Shown: positions 27,301-40,996, numbered from the stretch's first letter. The stretch: DNA of 64,000 nucleotides from Lobosporangium transversale (GCF_002105155.1 NW_019028990.1:744001-808000), one strand, 5' to 3'. The notes: generated by a model not told the origin, from the letters alone. Program-made: numbers and translations.

Positions 27301-29075
27301 GAACTGATGCACTGCCTGGGCTACGTCGTTCGCATCAGCTAACATTTTTGTGATTGCACCTTCAGCTGGCCAAAAGGAGGAGGCCATCTTTGCGGACAAG
27401 ACCAACTTTGACAGCGCCGCCATGATCTGACGGTGATGCAGTTTCAAACCACGATGCATGCGTATGGGGGCTGAATCTTTATCAACCATTCCAGATGCAA
27501 AGAGCATCACCCGAATGGCCTCGACCACTTGAGAAGCCTGACTTTGGTAATAAGCTTTGTATCCATTTTCGGCCGAATGTATTAAATTCTGCAATGCCCC
27601 CGTCGTATGGTCTGAAAAAGATTCCCAAGTGGGCTCTGGATCAAACGGATTTGAGACAGTGGGAAGAGGAGGCAAGGACAGTGATGATTCATCCTCACGA
27701 GCTGGAGTAGTCCATCCCGAGGGTTTTACAAGCCCTGAAAGAGCTGTCTCTGCTTCATGTGAAATAGGCGACCCTGCTCTTGTCTATTGTAATATAGTTT
27801 AATCATTATAAAAATAAAAAATTAAAAAATTAAAGGGAGGAACAAAATATGAAGAGGCGGGTTGAATTTTTTTTTTTTTTTTCCTTCTTTTTACTCTCCC
27901 TGGAAATGAAAAGAGTGTAATCTGTACAAGCACAAGTATACACGGAGAAGAAAAGGGGCGGGGAACAATCCAAGACAACCTCTCAAGAAATGATGCCCGA
28001 CGGGATACAAATTCATCAAAAACAGCGCATTGGATAGTCAAAGATGGATGGAGTTGATGGAATTGAAGCCCGCTCTTCAGTTCTGCAACAGCAATTTGTC
28101 GTTGGGCCAAACAAAAAAAGAAAAACGCAGGGCTCAGAATCAGAGTGATACAGGTTCATCAATGATATGACGGGAACTACACCATGACATGCATGGCATG
28201 TCAATAATAACAAAAAAAAATAAAAAAATAGACAAATAATTCATGCAGAGGTAAAACAACGTTTGATGAGGCATGCAGAGATTAAAAAAAAAAAAAAAAA
28301 AAAAAATATCGCCTATGGTCGAATGATATTCTTACTGTATCCATTTTTGCCAACCCTTCTTCCATCTTTTAATGATGCATGCGTCACAGAGTTGAGTTTG
28401 CTCCAGCTGAGTGTAATGCTGTGTGTGAAAAATGAATGCTGCATGACACATGGCAACCACGCGTGTTTTTTTGGAATGCAAAGCAATAGCCTTTTTTTTT
28501 TTTTTTTTTTTAATGTGCATCTGGAACATAAGATCCCATGTAGCCGAACACCGGTACTTGTGCTTTTGTATTAACGGATACCGTTTTTGGATGTGTTCTG
28601 TTTCTCTCTCATTCATTTCTCTTCACACGCAGATGAGACGCTTTCCGACCATCCTTTCATTCTTCAGTTGGACCTTGTTCGGTCTTTGGTCCTTAAACAC
28701 GATGTATTCCATCACTCACACAGGCTCAGCCTTTTCATCTTCTACTTCAATATCATCAATCCATCCTATTCATTCATTACTATTTTTTTTTTTCCCTTTT
28801 CTCAGAGTATTAAAGAAAAATATTTGTTCTCTCTTTTTTTTTGAGAGCACTGTGGAAGCAGCAAGACGACAACAATATCAGTGAAACAAACAGAGGAAGG
28901 GCTCAAAACAAACGATCTTCAGTCTCTGACATGGGTCCCGCACCCAGCTCAAGTCCGATTTCTGACTTTCCGGTATTTGTTGTTTTGTGGCTCTCTCTCT
29001 CCCTTTTTCGCACTGCCGCTGTCATTAATATTTTCTCCCACCCCTCACTTATTTAGTTTATGACAACACAAATCA

Positions 29076-29106
<31 letters not shown>

Positions 29107-30306
29107 GCCACAATTTGTTGTTTCTTACTGGAATTGCAGATGCCTGCCAGGAACTTCGTCGTGTTGATCCACCCTGACTTGATGCATCGTTTTGATCATA
29201 GCGTGGGCCAGCAAACGTCCGAGAATTGATAGTGATATTGTTGTGGTTATGCTGCAACGGTTCTTCTTCGATCTCTGAATTAATTATGGGTGTATTTGTA
29301 TGTGTGGCAGCGGATAGTGTTCGATTGACAGTGATGACATCTTGTTGAATACCGTTGTAAATACGTTGTTTGTCGGATCAAAAAATAAAAAAACATTAAA
29401 AAATTATCGCATGGTCAAATGTTTGTTTTCTCTCTGGCTCACTTGTATCCTGATAGTATATGCCGTAATACAGGTTATAAACTTACCTTCGTTATTCTCA
29501 ATTTGTTCATTCATACTGGGATCAATGGCATCATCATCAACGGCATCTTTATGTCGCTCTGATGTTGAAGGGATCATCCATGATGATTCGCCAGTACGTG
29601 TGTTAAAGTAAAAGACTTGGCCATCTGCCGTCGTCTGAGGAAGCCAAAGGTCATCATCACTTGCCTAAAAGAGGTCAAACCATAACCATAGTCAGCAAAA
29701 CATCTGGCAATCACCGTAGCTCTTAAACAAGTATCTCAGACAACCCACACACACATTTCCAACATATCCCAACCTGCTTCCAAGCTTTCTCCGACTTTAT
29801 ATCAACCCAATTCAAAATGACAAAAAAAAAAAAAAAAAACATACCGCCTCATCCTCACTGGCACCTTCGGAAAGAGAATCAAAATTATCATGGTCAAGAA
29901 TCTCAACATAGTTGGAAGGGAACCAGCCACGCTCATCACGGCAGTAACCATACCACCAGCCCGACTCTAGTTGAGTAAGAACCTGAATCAGCTCTCCCTT
30001 TTCGAACGAAAGCGAGGTATTGTCCTCGGAATGGAAAGGGTATAATGCGCGGACAACGAGATAACCATCATCCTCTTGATCATCTCTAAATTCATTATCA
30101 TGGTTATTTTCGTTGTTATTGGTATTATGATTGCTGCTATTGTGGTTGTGGTTGTGGTTATCATTAACGGTAGTATAGTGTATAGTCTGGTGATCTTCCT
30201 GTGGTTGCTGTTGCTGTTGCTGCTGCTGCTGCTGCTGCTGTTGTTGTTGTTGTTGTTGCAGGTGCTCGTCGTGCGCCTGCCATTGATGCGGTGCCAAGTG
30301 ACCCAT
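24398..30306 (-). CDS. CDC25: Cdc25-like Ras GEF paralog A (SH3-WW-REM-RasGEF); exons ~30306-29845, 29664-29487, 29340-29129, 27783-25366, 25228-24765, 24452-24398
   Basis: SH3 (VRALYPF...ESGWW...RGWFPSNYV), WW (LWLPQTTADGQVFYFNTRTGESSW), REM (GGTLPALVERLT...FLLTYRSF) and catalytic domain (LELARQLT, PPCVPFVGVYLTDL, INFYKR). Confidence 0.93.
30205..30262 (-). repeat. CAA/CAG polyglutamine tract in the RasGEF A N-terminus
   Basis: Visible as (TGC)n/(TGT)n on the + strand, in frame with the 30306 ORF. Confidence 0.85.
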
Positions 30307-31220
30307 CTGAATTGGATTAGGGAAGAACTGGGGGTGAGTTCAAGATGAGGTAAAGGGGGGAAAAGGGCGATAGAGTAAGGTATGAGATGAGGAAGAAATG
30401 AGAGGTGAAGAGAGAGATAAAAAGGTCCGACGAAGAGAAGAGTGCTGTGTAGGAGATGTGTTGAGAACACTCTTTTTGATCCTGATTGGATTCGTTCTAG
30501 CGGCACAGTTCAATTCAATAGAGGCGAAAGGGTAAAGAGAAGAAAGTTGGTAGTGAGAGTGAGTGGTCTGTGTCGGGAATGCTTCTTGTTCAGTGTGTCA
30601 GAATAATAAGACGTTGATGATGATTGAATGTGATTGAATAAATGCAATACTAATATATGGATATATATAATATAGATGATCCCCTTTCAATTAACATGCA
30701 AAAAGAAATAACTAAAAAAAGATAAAAAAAGAAATAAATAAGTAAATATAATAATAATAGTAATAATAATAATAGTAAAAAAAAAAAAAAAAAAAAGAGG
30801 ATGAGGGGATGGAATGAGGATGAGAATGGAGGGGATGGAATGAAGAAAAAAAAAAGAAAAAGAGAAAGAGGGTCAAGAATAAAAAGTTGGCAACCAGAAA
30901 GAAAGCGCAATGCAAGCTCTGCATAATCGCTGGTTGCATGGTTAGGATGCTTGCCCAAACATAAATTTGCATTAGTTTAAACTGTGTTTCGTGCCTTTGT
31001 CCTATCAAAGATACGGACACACATTTACTCTTAAACACTATTTTTTGCTTTACACTTTCTCCGCCATAAATATAGTCCGTTACAGATATATTTATATTAT
31101 TTTTATATATATACACGTGTATTGGAGTATTTGGACAATGACCTAGCCAATGTGCTCTCCATCCATCAGGTAGTCGATGTCCATCATGATGGAATTTTCT
31201 CTTCCTTTGAACGTTTGAAC

Positions 31221-31266
<46 letters not shown>

Positions 31267-32470
31267 AAATTATCATTTCAACCACATCTCTTTTTCTATG
31301 TCAATCCTTGCAGCCCTTTGTCCTTCCCTTCTTTGTTATGCACACTCAGCTTATTGTGTAATTGATAAAAATAAATAAAACTAACCATTTCGCCAGTTCA
31401 ATCGATCGCGCATGCAACTCTCACTTCACTCATTTCCTATTTCCCTTTCTATCTTTTTTTTTTTTTTTTTTTTTTTTTTTGTAACTAAAAAAACAATGAC
31501 AGCCAACTCATTCAGTTCATCCAAAATAGTCTATCCCGTCGTCAGCTGTTCAAACTATCTTTGCTATCCAACCAAAAGAAAAAAAAACACACTTTTTAAG
31601 AAAAAGAGATGCATATCTCCTCTCTACATCATTCAAAAACCATTATGGTTTTGATTACTATAAAAAAATATAGTTTGTGGTCAAAAATACTAATGCGGAT
31701 AAAATATATAAACAGGTGCGCACTAAGCATAGCACAGCGAATATTGCATAGCATTTGTAACATGGCACAAGGTTTGTATAAAAAAAAACTATGAATCAAA
31801 GTTGTCGTGAACATCGCTGTACAAAACACCAAAACCCACTTTTTTATGGTCCATCTTTTGCATCCAAACATTACATGTTCATGCTGGCCCAAAGCACCAA
31901 AAAAAAAAAAAAAAAAAAAAAAAACCTCGCTTCTATGGTATATAATGTAATTGATGCAAATCCATCTTGCTATCCTACAAAGTTTATTTCATGGTCTGAT
32001 GTCTCCACATTATTATGCGCTCACAAGTTGATTTAAAGTAGGTGGCAAGCAAGGCACTCGACGCGCAATTGCGATCTAGGAACTATTATCATATTGATGA
32101 AATGAGGGCGAATACATTACAGATCATGGATGCATAATGAAAATCATTCAAACCCATACAGATGGAAACATTTCTAAGCACATCTCAGTTGCATTCTTTT
32201 TTATAATCTTTCCATACTTTACCTCAATCTTTCTCTCTTCTCTGTTTCTGTTTCTGTTTCGGGTTTAGTTTCTGTTTCTGTTTCTATTCTCGTGAAGTTA
32301 CTTTCTCCTCTTCCTCTTGCTCTTTGACTTTCTCGATCTTGATGATCATAGTTATGTATGTTTGTGCTGCAATACGTATGCATTTTTTTTTTTTTTTTTT
32401 TTTTTTTTTGTGCCTTGTCTTGTCTAGTGAACAGATCAAACAGACAAAACAACGGCTCCAGGGTTCCAGG

Positions 32471-32505
<35 letters not shown>

Positions 32506-32606
32506 TTTCGACACACCTAATAACATCCTCAGCCCTATAGTCCAATCTAATTCCTTCTCCAAATAATTCCTCGAAATAACTCTTAGCATAACCGAAATAT
32601 CCCTTC

Positions 32607-34403
32607 ATGCATTCAATCCAACCCCCTGCCGAAATTGTCATGCAGCAACGACAACAGCGAAGGCCTCAAACCACTTGCTCAATCGTCCGTTATTTGGCTT
32701 CATTTGCTGAACGGAAGCAGTCGCTATCCACACAGATGCCTGCACGGCTGTTTCCCGTCCACTCAAGTATCTCACCAGATGAAAACGAGGACAAGGGCGA
32801 AGGTTCTTTATACATCATTACACCCACTCGAAATGTGTCCACTCCAAAGCAGCAACGACACCAATCAGCCTTACCTGAGGCTCTATCGCCAGATATTCTC
32901 GACTGTAGTGATTCTTTGCCACATTCCTCCATTCTAACTATTGCAGTACCGCTCTCGAGATCCCATCAAAGCTCATCCTCTTCTCTTTGTATGCCTACAT
33001 TCTCGCTATTGGATGGCCTAGAATCAAAAGAGAACCAACAACAGGATTGGCTCCAACAGATACCTCATTCACTTGGTACTCCTTTTTCTTCTTCTTCATC
33101 TTCTTCACGTCCACTGAACGCCAAAAAATCAGTTCGAACACTCGTTAATAGAGTCATGTGGTTTAGACGAGGCAACCAATCTGGTACCGCAGTCACGACA
33201 AATGAACTTTGTCATTTTCAAGACACAGCCTCTTTTACTTCTGCTCCTGCTTCTATTCCTACTATTTCTACTGCTTACGTTGCTGCTTATGCTGCTTCTA
33301 CCGCTTCTACCGCTTCTACCGCTTCTACTATTGATTTCATTCGCGGTACCTGTAACCGAGCGCATGGACATAGCCCGGCTATTAAAACTAGTATAGCGTC
33401 GCGTGTTGTGAGCGAGATCCTGTCCATGATTTTTCGACATCTCATGGATCGCAAGAGCATTTTAAATTGTAGCCTTGTGTCAACCCATTGGCACGGCCCT
33501 GCACGGATAGAGTTAGCGCGTATCATCCAAGACATGCCCTTTAACGGCCAAGGTCTTGTCCATGCTATTCGGTACAGTAAAACAAGAGAAAAAAAAAAAA
33601 AAAAAAAAAAACTATTGGTTTCTTATTAATTTATTTCAAAAAGATTGAGTGGTCCAATGGTCAGTGCAAATGGGCGCTTTTTTTTTTCTTCTTCTTCTTT
33701 TTGGTGGAATAATAGTAGTCTGTGCCCCGTCCCTGTGCACGATTGTACGATCGCGACATGCATAAATTCTCGTAATTTCCGTCAATGTGATAAAAAAAAA
33801 AAGAAAACCACAGTATCCTAAAAAGACAAAAAAAAAAATAAGATGCGCCATAGACGCGTTGATCTTGTAAACACGGTAAACTTTAGAGAGTCTATCCTGA
33901 TAAATAGAATGGAACTATTAGAGAGAGAGAAAGAGAGAGTACACAAATAGGCTTTTCCTCTCAATGCCACTCGCTCGTTTTTCACCACAGCCTCATTGTC
34001 GACCACATTCGAACACTATAATACTTGTTATACAATCCTCATTTTATGTTACTCTATTTTGCTTTACTTTATTTCATATACTTCATTTACCATGGTTGTT
34101 ATCTGTATTTAGGACGCGGTTTGCACAGGAGACCTTTCCGGTCTTGTCCATGTCTCTTTTTGACAAATTAATCTGTAACCTTTCGGAATTATACTATCAT
34201 TCTAACCCAGAGACCAAGGATGTCTTTGCACCGGCATATGCGCCCGACATGCTCTACCATCTCTTCTGGACCTTTCTCTTTATTGATCAAGAGTTTCGTA
34301 ACCCTCGGTCACGTTCAAAAATCACTTGCAGCTATTTTGTACGTCTGATCCAGGATGAAGGTGGGGGCTATCCTCAGGAACTCTTTAACAAGAAAGTTCT
34401 CAA

Positions 34404-34439
<36 letters not shown>

Positions 34440-35421
34440 AAAAAGTTAATTGTGTCGTGTACTTATTTATTTATTTATTTAATTTATATTATTCTTCAAT
34501 GATTGTTACAAGAATATTTATAACGATATTCGATCTCGACCTCTGTTGCCGGCACCATACTTGATCAACGCATTGAATGGCGTTGAAGGAAGATCTGCCG
34601 CACCTAGTAACAGCAGCAACATAAGGCGAAGGCGAAGGCGAAGACAAGGTATTCATCCACGGCAATCATCCTCATTGATGAATCTAATTCCTTCTTTAAA
34701 ACTTGAAGAGTCCTTTAAAAAAGCTCGGGGGTGGTGGAGAAGTAGAGGACGCGAGGACAGAAGTTTAGCTTATGTGCAAGCAGGCGCGACTGCAGCGGAG
34801 CCGGAAATGATAACAGCAGCATTGGTCGACAATAATGATGGCGTGCAAAGTCCAAGTGCGAGAAGCTCCTCTTCCTCGCCAACGTCACTGTCGTCGCCAT
34901 CACCTCTATCCCCATCCTTGGATTTCACCAACCACGGCCACTATCAACAACGCCAGGCAAATTCCTCTATATCTTTTCCAAACTCGGTTTCTTCCACCTC
35001 TTCCCTCCAACTATCCGCCTTCTCCGCTCCACTAACTCACTCTGATTCTTCGGCATGTCCATTATCAACACCATCGTCCAATCGCAGCGATCCTGACCCA
35101 ATGGCGCTATCAAGAATACAGCCTGAACATGGTATTTACAGAATGAATAGGACACTTAAGCACAACTGTGGTGATATGCCATGCTATGGTCATAGTAGGC
35201 GCCATGGCAGTGGTAATCGACGTAATAGCCATAAGCGGCGTCCAAAGCATGGGCCTTGTCCGATCATAACTCAGGGCTTTACTTCTGTAAGTCATGGATG
35301 GCATCCTGAGGGCGATGGCCTAGACAATGTCATCAAGTTCCCGAAACCTAATAGGCCTAGTACATTAGGGAGTCAGCATCATATTCTACAATATTCCAAC
35401 CTCATGTTGGAAGTAAATTAG
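32607..35421 (+). CDS. F-box plus degenerate Sec7-domain protein (FBXO8-like architecture); exons 32607-33571, 34113-34404, 34513-35421
   Basis: F-box (VVSEILSMIFRHL-DRKSILNCSLVSTHW) followed by Sec7 C-half motifs: MPFNGQGLVHAIR, DKLICNLSELYYHSNP, DMLYHLFWTFLFIDQEFRNP, KITCSYFV, LKNIYNDIRSRPL. Confidence 0.7.
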
Positions 35422-35655
35422 AAGTTGCCCCCCCCTCCTTTCCTCACTTCTCCTTTAGAAGTGCCTTCCTACCTATTTCATCTACTCTAGACGATACGCG
35501 AAATGAAGTGACAGTCATCTGTCTTCTTTTTTTCTTTCTTTTATTGATTTTCATTATTCTAATTGATATTTACGTCTATTTTTACAATGGAAGATGGAAT
35601 CTTTGTTCCATAAAAAAGAAAAGAAAAGAAAGCTGAACATTAAACTCTCAGCACA

Positions 35656-38600
35656 TCAGCATACAGTGGTTTCGAGCATGTCTGAGCCATCTGCTATAAA
35701 GAAGGTTTCCACATCACCCTGTCCTCGTTCAAAGTCAAATGCCATCACTAGTAATGGTGCGGGGCTCTCAAACCTCGAGTCCTTATCTTCAAAGACCTGT
35801 ACTACCGACAAGTTCTTGAGTGCAATTTCAATCTCGCCCCATGTCGTCAGGCTCCGAATCCCATTCAGAAATGCACCAAAGAATTGGTTCACAAACTCAA
35901 AATTGTACACACACTTGTTGTCTATCACAGCAGCCTGCTGCAACTCCTTGGCCTCCAAGACTTTGGTTCCAAATGAATAGATCGAGGTTGTACATTCTAC
36001 TAGCCTGCGTTCTGTTGAATCAAACATCGAGCTGTTTCCAAAGACCCCGTTCAGACTCAAGTTTAGGTCCAACTTGATCTTGAAGTATAAGAATGTGCAC
36101 ATGGTCTTTTGGTAAAGATCATATAGTGTCGGAAACTTTCCTTGGGGTAGCTGGTGCACATTAATACTACCAAAAGACTTTTGTCCCAAATCACTTGATC
36201 TCGCTAGCGAGTGCATTTGAGCAATATCCGGTGTCAGGTCTGAGATATATTCTGTATAGAGCCCAAAAACGCTAGGCCAAAACGGATATGCAATATCGTT
36301 CACTAGATCACTCATAGTCGAGCCCTCTCGCCCGAAGGCACTGCTAAGATTAGTTTTGACTGTCGTCGTCGTGGTCATTGTCTCGGATGCGTTATCGTCA
36401 GAAGAAGAACTAGAAGCAGAGACCATTGTCCCACAAGCTGGACTGCTTCTACTTTTCCAGCTATCCGCAGCCAAAGACACGACAGAGTCTAAGACAGAGC
36501 TGTTGTTCCGATAAGCTGAATGGCTCATTAGTTGCTGATTCATTGGCTGACCAAGTACTGGGCTTGACAGGACGTCGGACATGATGGATGACATGCTTTG
36601 CGAATGTCGATGCCTCCTTGGCAGCTGTCTTGTTTGAGGTGATGCCAGGTGCTGGTGAAGCTGGAATCCATAGGATGGGATCGCTGTTGTGGAATTACGT
36701 CTCTGACTTAACACATCATGAGCTGTAGGCGCAAGAGGCGTGGTTGGGGTGGTTGGGGATGGCTCTGGGCTCCCGCATGTGGAGAGGCATCCGTTTGTGA
36801 TATCAATCGCTAGGTCATCTTCGCCGTCTCCGCTATCCATCAACAACTTCATAACTAAATAGAAAAGAACAAAAGGCAGTAGTGTTAGTTTTTCCCTCCC
36901 AGAAATGGAAACCGTCCGTTGCGTTACAAACTTACAGGCTACGTCGCTCTTGCGCGTGTTTTTGAGTACTTGAATATGAGAGGAAACTTGCTTACGAGTG
37001 CGTATTTTGTTGGTACGCTTGTAGATATAATCCGCAATGAGCTCGTTGCGTCCGCATGGTTTCCCATCGACCAAAACCTTACGGCGGCCGAGTTTTGGAA
37101 CCACTTCTAGTGCTGTTTTTTTTTTTTTTTTTTTTTTTTTTTGGTTATTTTTTGGTTATTTTTTTTTTTTGTTTGCAAGAATATCATTCATACTGGTAAT
37201 GAATTCTTGGAAAAATCAAATTCCTATTTTTTTACCTTCATAAAAGACCCTCTCTACGTCTGCTGGCCAAACCTCTTCGCGATCATTTTTGATCAGCTTG
37301 TCTCTAGTCAATCTGCGCTTTAGCATCGATGACATCCTTTGAGAACCTCCTGTGGTATTTGTGGCTCCAGACCCAAAAAGCATGGATGTCTGCCGCTGCT
37401 CTCGCTGATGTAGTTGCAGCTGTTGCAATTGTCCTTGCTGCTGACGATGATGTTGACGTTGTTGTTGTCGCAACTGTAACTCAAGACTCTCGAGTGCTTC
37501 TTGTTGTGACGACTGATGCTGCTGATGAGGTAAGAGTTGTTGTTGCTGTTGTTTTGATGGCGATTGAGGAATTTGGTGTAACCGAGACTGACAGAGATCA
37601 GACGGTGATTGTTTGCCAACTGGGGTAGAAGACAGGGTGTCGGCCCCAAGAGAGGTTGACGTGCTATCTTGCAAATGCATAGTCAAGAGCCCAACTGATG
37701 GAATATGTTCGTGCTGGGCCGAAGGCTCAACCTGCCGTTGTGGTTGAATGAAACAGTTAAGGTTTGCTCTTCGAAGATCAAGTGAACCTGATTTTTGATG
37801 ATAATGCTGTTGTTGATGGTGAGGACGCTGGATTAGAGGAGAGACGAAAGGTGGAGGAGTGTGATGCTGGTGAGTCACCAGAGGGGGCTGCTGCGCCTGA
37901 CGACTTACACTGTGGCGCTTGGCTATGCCTGGCATCTTTGTCAAGCGTTTTTCTGTAATGGGTTTTTCTCTATCTGCATTAATTTTTTTTGCTCTAGGAG
38001 TGTCTTTGATGGGTTCAATTTTTACTTCGATCATCTCTACATCTTGGGACGAGGAGGAACAAAATACTGGTGATAATGACAATGATGATAATGTAGAGCA
38101 AGGTATCGATGATGGTATTGAGGCTGTCGCTGTTGCAGCTGTTGTCATTGTTGTCGTTGTTGTTGTCATTGTTGTTGTTGGCGCTACTGATGGTGAGGTA
38201 GAGAATAGCAGCGGGATTGCTGTTGCTTCTCTTCTCTTCATTGTTGGAGCGGAGATGTTAGAATGAACAGTAGCATTTTCAATTGTTGTTGCTACTACCA
38301 TGGATGACGGCGCTAAGATCAGATCTGCAAAGCTTTGGCTACATAAATCAAAGAGCCCAAGCTCGAGTTTTGGGCTCTTTTGCTGGGGAATTGAACCTAA
38401 CAAGGAGGAAGTGCATGTCTTCATGGGATGGAGTGTAGTGGCGGGGTTGAGGACGGTGCTAAGTAGCTGCCGACTGAAAAGATCTTCATCACAACTGGTC
38501 AGGTCTAGGGGAGAGGGTGTTAGCTCTGATGAAGGAGTGCGAAAGATATCTTGGTTAGGACTGGAAAGATCCATTGAGGAGGATGAGCTGATTTCAGATG

Positions 38601-38724
38601 TAGTCGGGGTCAAGGAAGAGGTATCGAACGGATGGATGCTGTTCTGAGGAAATGGAGACCAGCCGCCGGCACCCTCACCTTCTGAATAGATCGTTGCAAA
38701 GACATCGTTCGGCAAGGTGTCCAT
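35656..38724 (-). CDS. TEA/ATTS transcription factor with C-terminal TEAD-type YAP-binding domain; exons 38724-37236, 37112-36936, 36854-35656
   Basis: Spliced TEA domain [26 protein letters not shown]...[30 protein letters not shown]. The C-terminal segment matches the TEAD YBD by eye. Confidence 0.92.
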
Positions 38725-40996
38725 CCCCGTATTTCCTATGTGGGTATAGGTATAAATATGACTTTGTTTGTTTTAAAATGCTGGTAAGCCGAATATGGCA
38801 AGGAAGGGTAAGAGAGTCTACTTGCACGGTCTGGTAGGAAAGATAATAAAGAAAGGACGAATAGAGAGAGAGAAGTAACAGGTCAAGAAAGGAGTTGAGA
38901 AGAAATAGGCAGAGTGAAAAAGGAAACTTAAGATGAAGAAAATAAAAAAAAATAAAAAAAATAAAAAAGACAGTAAGCACAGACTATATTAGGGTTGTAT
39001 GGCCGGAAAGTAATGATGAAATGGAAGATGTATGTGAAATACGAAGAGCAAAGGATAACTAAAAAAGAAAAAGGAAGCAAAGAAAGATGACGACGATGGG
39101 GAGGGGAAGCAGAAGTATAAACGGATGAAGAAAAGAGAGAAAAGGATAAAAGGATAAAAGACGCGGTAAAAGCAATAAAATAAAAAATAAATAACAGTGC
39201 AAGGAAATACGATTTATTGAATGTAAACAATAATCACTGTACTGTATGCTGCCTGTTGTGCCATCTTTAGCTCACCCAGTTTTTTTTTTTTAGGTCATAG
39301 AACCACAGGCATCCGGGAACAGTGCGTCCCCTAGACTCAGAAGATGACGATGCATGGCAGAGTGATCTGTATTTTTCCTTTTTTTACCAGGGTTCTACTT
39401 TAATCCTTTGATTGAATGTAAAATAGATTAAAACCGCCACTTTTTTCCAAGATCAAACAGTGTCTGTGAGCCTTCATTCTTTTCGTCCAGCCCACACGCT
39501 TGATTCTGGCTGTCCATCGAGTCTGAAAACGCGCAGAACACGTATCTGCCTGAATGCATAGGAGTGCCCACTTGCAACAAAAGAGAAGACATTCAGTTAT
39601 ACACATGTACGCATTTGTGTACGCTACACAATTGAAAACAAACAATGATATCCATAAAGTCTAAAAAGAAGAGCTGTTCCTTCAGGGCCAAAGGTAGCTC
39701 GTTAGGTATAATTATTGACAGCATGGACGATTACATGAAAAAAAGGGCCATAATTGAATATGGTTCCATTACTAGGGAGCCAAACGGACAGACTGGACAG
39801 AACAGAGGGATTGATTGAGAGAGGAGGGGGTTTGGTCCAAGAGAATTACAGCCACGAAGCGAAAGGATAAAAGGGGTAAAGTCGGGAGAGAGAGAGAGGG
39901 GAGGGGACGAGGATGAAAGAGAGTCAGATAGAGTAGGAGGAACAGGACAATTGGCTGTGAGTGGTTAAGAAGAGAACAAGTGGAGCAAACTGAATGTAAG
40001 GATGCTGCTACTGCATCTATTTACTACAGCCACAACAAGCGAATGCTTTTTTATCTAATTGATCTCTCTTTTCTCTTGCTGCAGTGTTGATTAAAGGAAA
40101 AAAGAAGGGGAAGGAAAGGAGGGAGGCGGTCGTTCATGGGGTAAAAAAAATTGGGCATGCACACTTTGAGGGACATGGTTCGTATATTGCCATCCACTCA
40201 TTCAAATACATGTATTAACATATCCTACTCAGACATGGTTTATCCATGAATACATTTACAGTGAGTAGATGGAAAGAGTGGTTTTTAATGAGCCACTCTT
40301 GTGATGGTAAACAGGAGGGAGGCCACGACCGGAAAAAAAAAAATCAAAAAAAGTGAAAGTGATTGTCAAGTGTGCATGTGGATATCAATGTGCTGAAAAT
40401 GGAAAGAAGGAGCATAAAGGGGAAGAGGGAGAGCGATGGGTGAGGAGAGAGATGAGGAGGACTTGAGAGAGGGAATAGGAGGAAGAGAGGACCAAGATGA
40501 CTACGATGACGACTAGGCAAAATTACGAGGACTCATTTTCTCTCTCTCCCTTTCTTTTGCCCTTACAGACAAGATCAAGTTCTCGGGGTATCTATTCTCA
40601 CATCCTCTACTGCGATAGACTAGATAAATGTTCAATGCACTGTGGCGTCAGTTGAGGATGAGAACGAAGATTAAAGAACCGATTTCGATGCAGGGTCAAG
40701 TATGCCCTCCTTCTCTGTACTTGGCTCTCAACACTCACCATTGTGGACTGATGATTGTCCGTCCACAGCCACTCAGATTATTTTTAATGTATGGGCAGCA
40801 AAGCCCATCAGCTCTCTCCCCACGTTTCGTTCACCACATCAGAATTCAGCACAAAGGCATAAAGGCACAGAGGCCTTCACACTCCATCTGGGACCAAAGA
40901 TGTCTACTGCATTTTAAAGGGGGTCATGAAAGCGTATGAAAGACAAGATCAGGGCTACAAGGAGAGTCAAGGTTATTTCTGTTCATCTATCCATTG

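Noticed and set aside
30650..32641. Short ORFs rich in poly-Phe/poly-Lys/poly-Tyr (also at 2439, 15327, 21668, 28263, 40926, 57572)
   Set aside because: Translations of homopolymer and microsatellite tracts in noncoding DNA.
37320..38647. Antisense and alternate-frame ORFs over the TEA, SPT5, RasGEF and ADO1 coding regions
   Set aside because: Shadow ORFs of low-complexity or codon-biased genes with no independent motifs.
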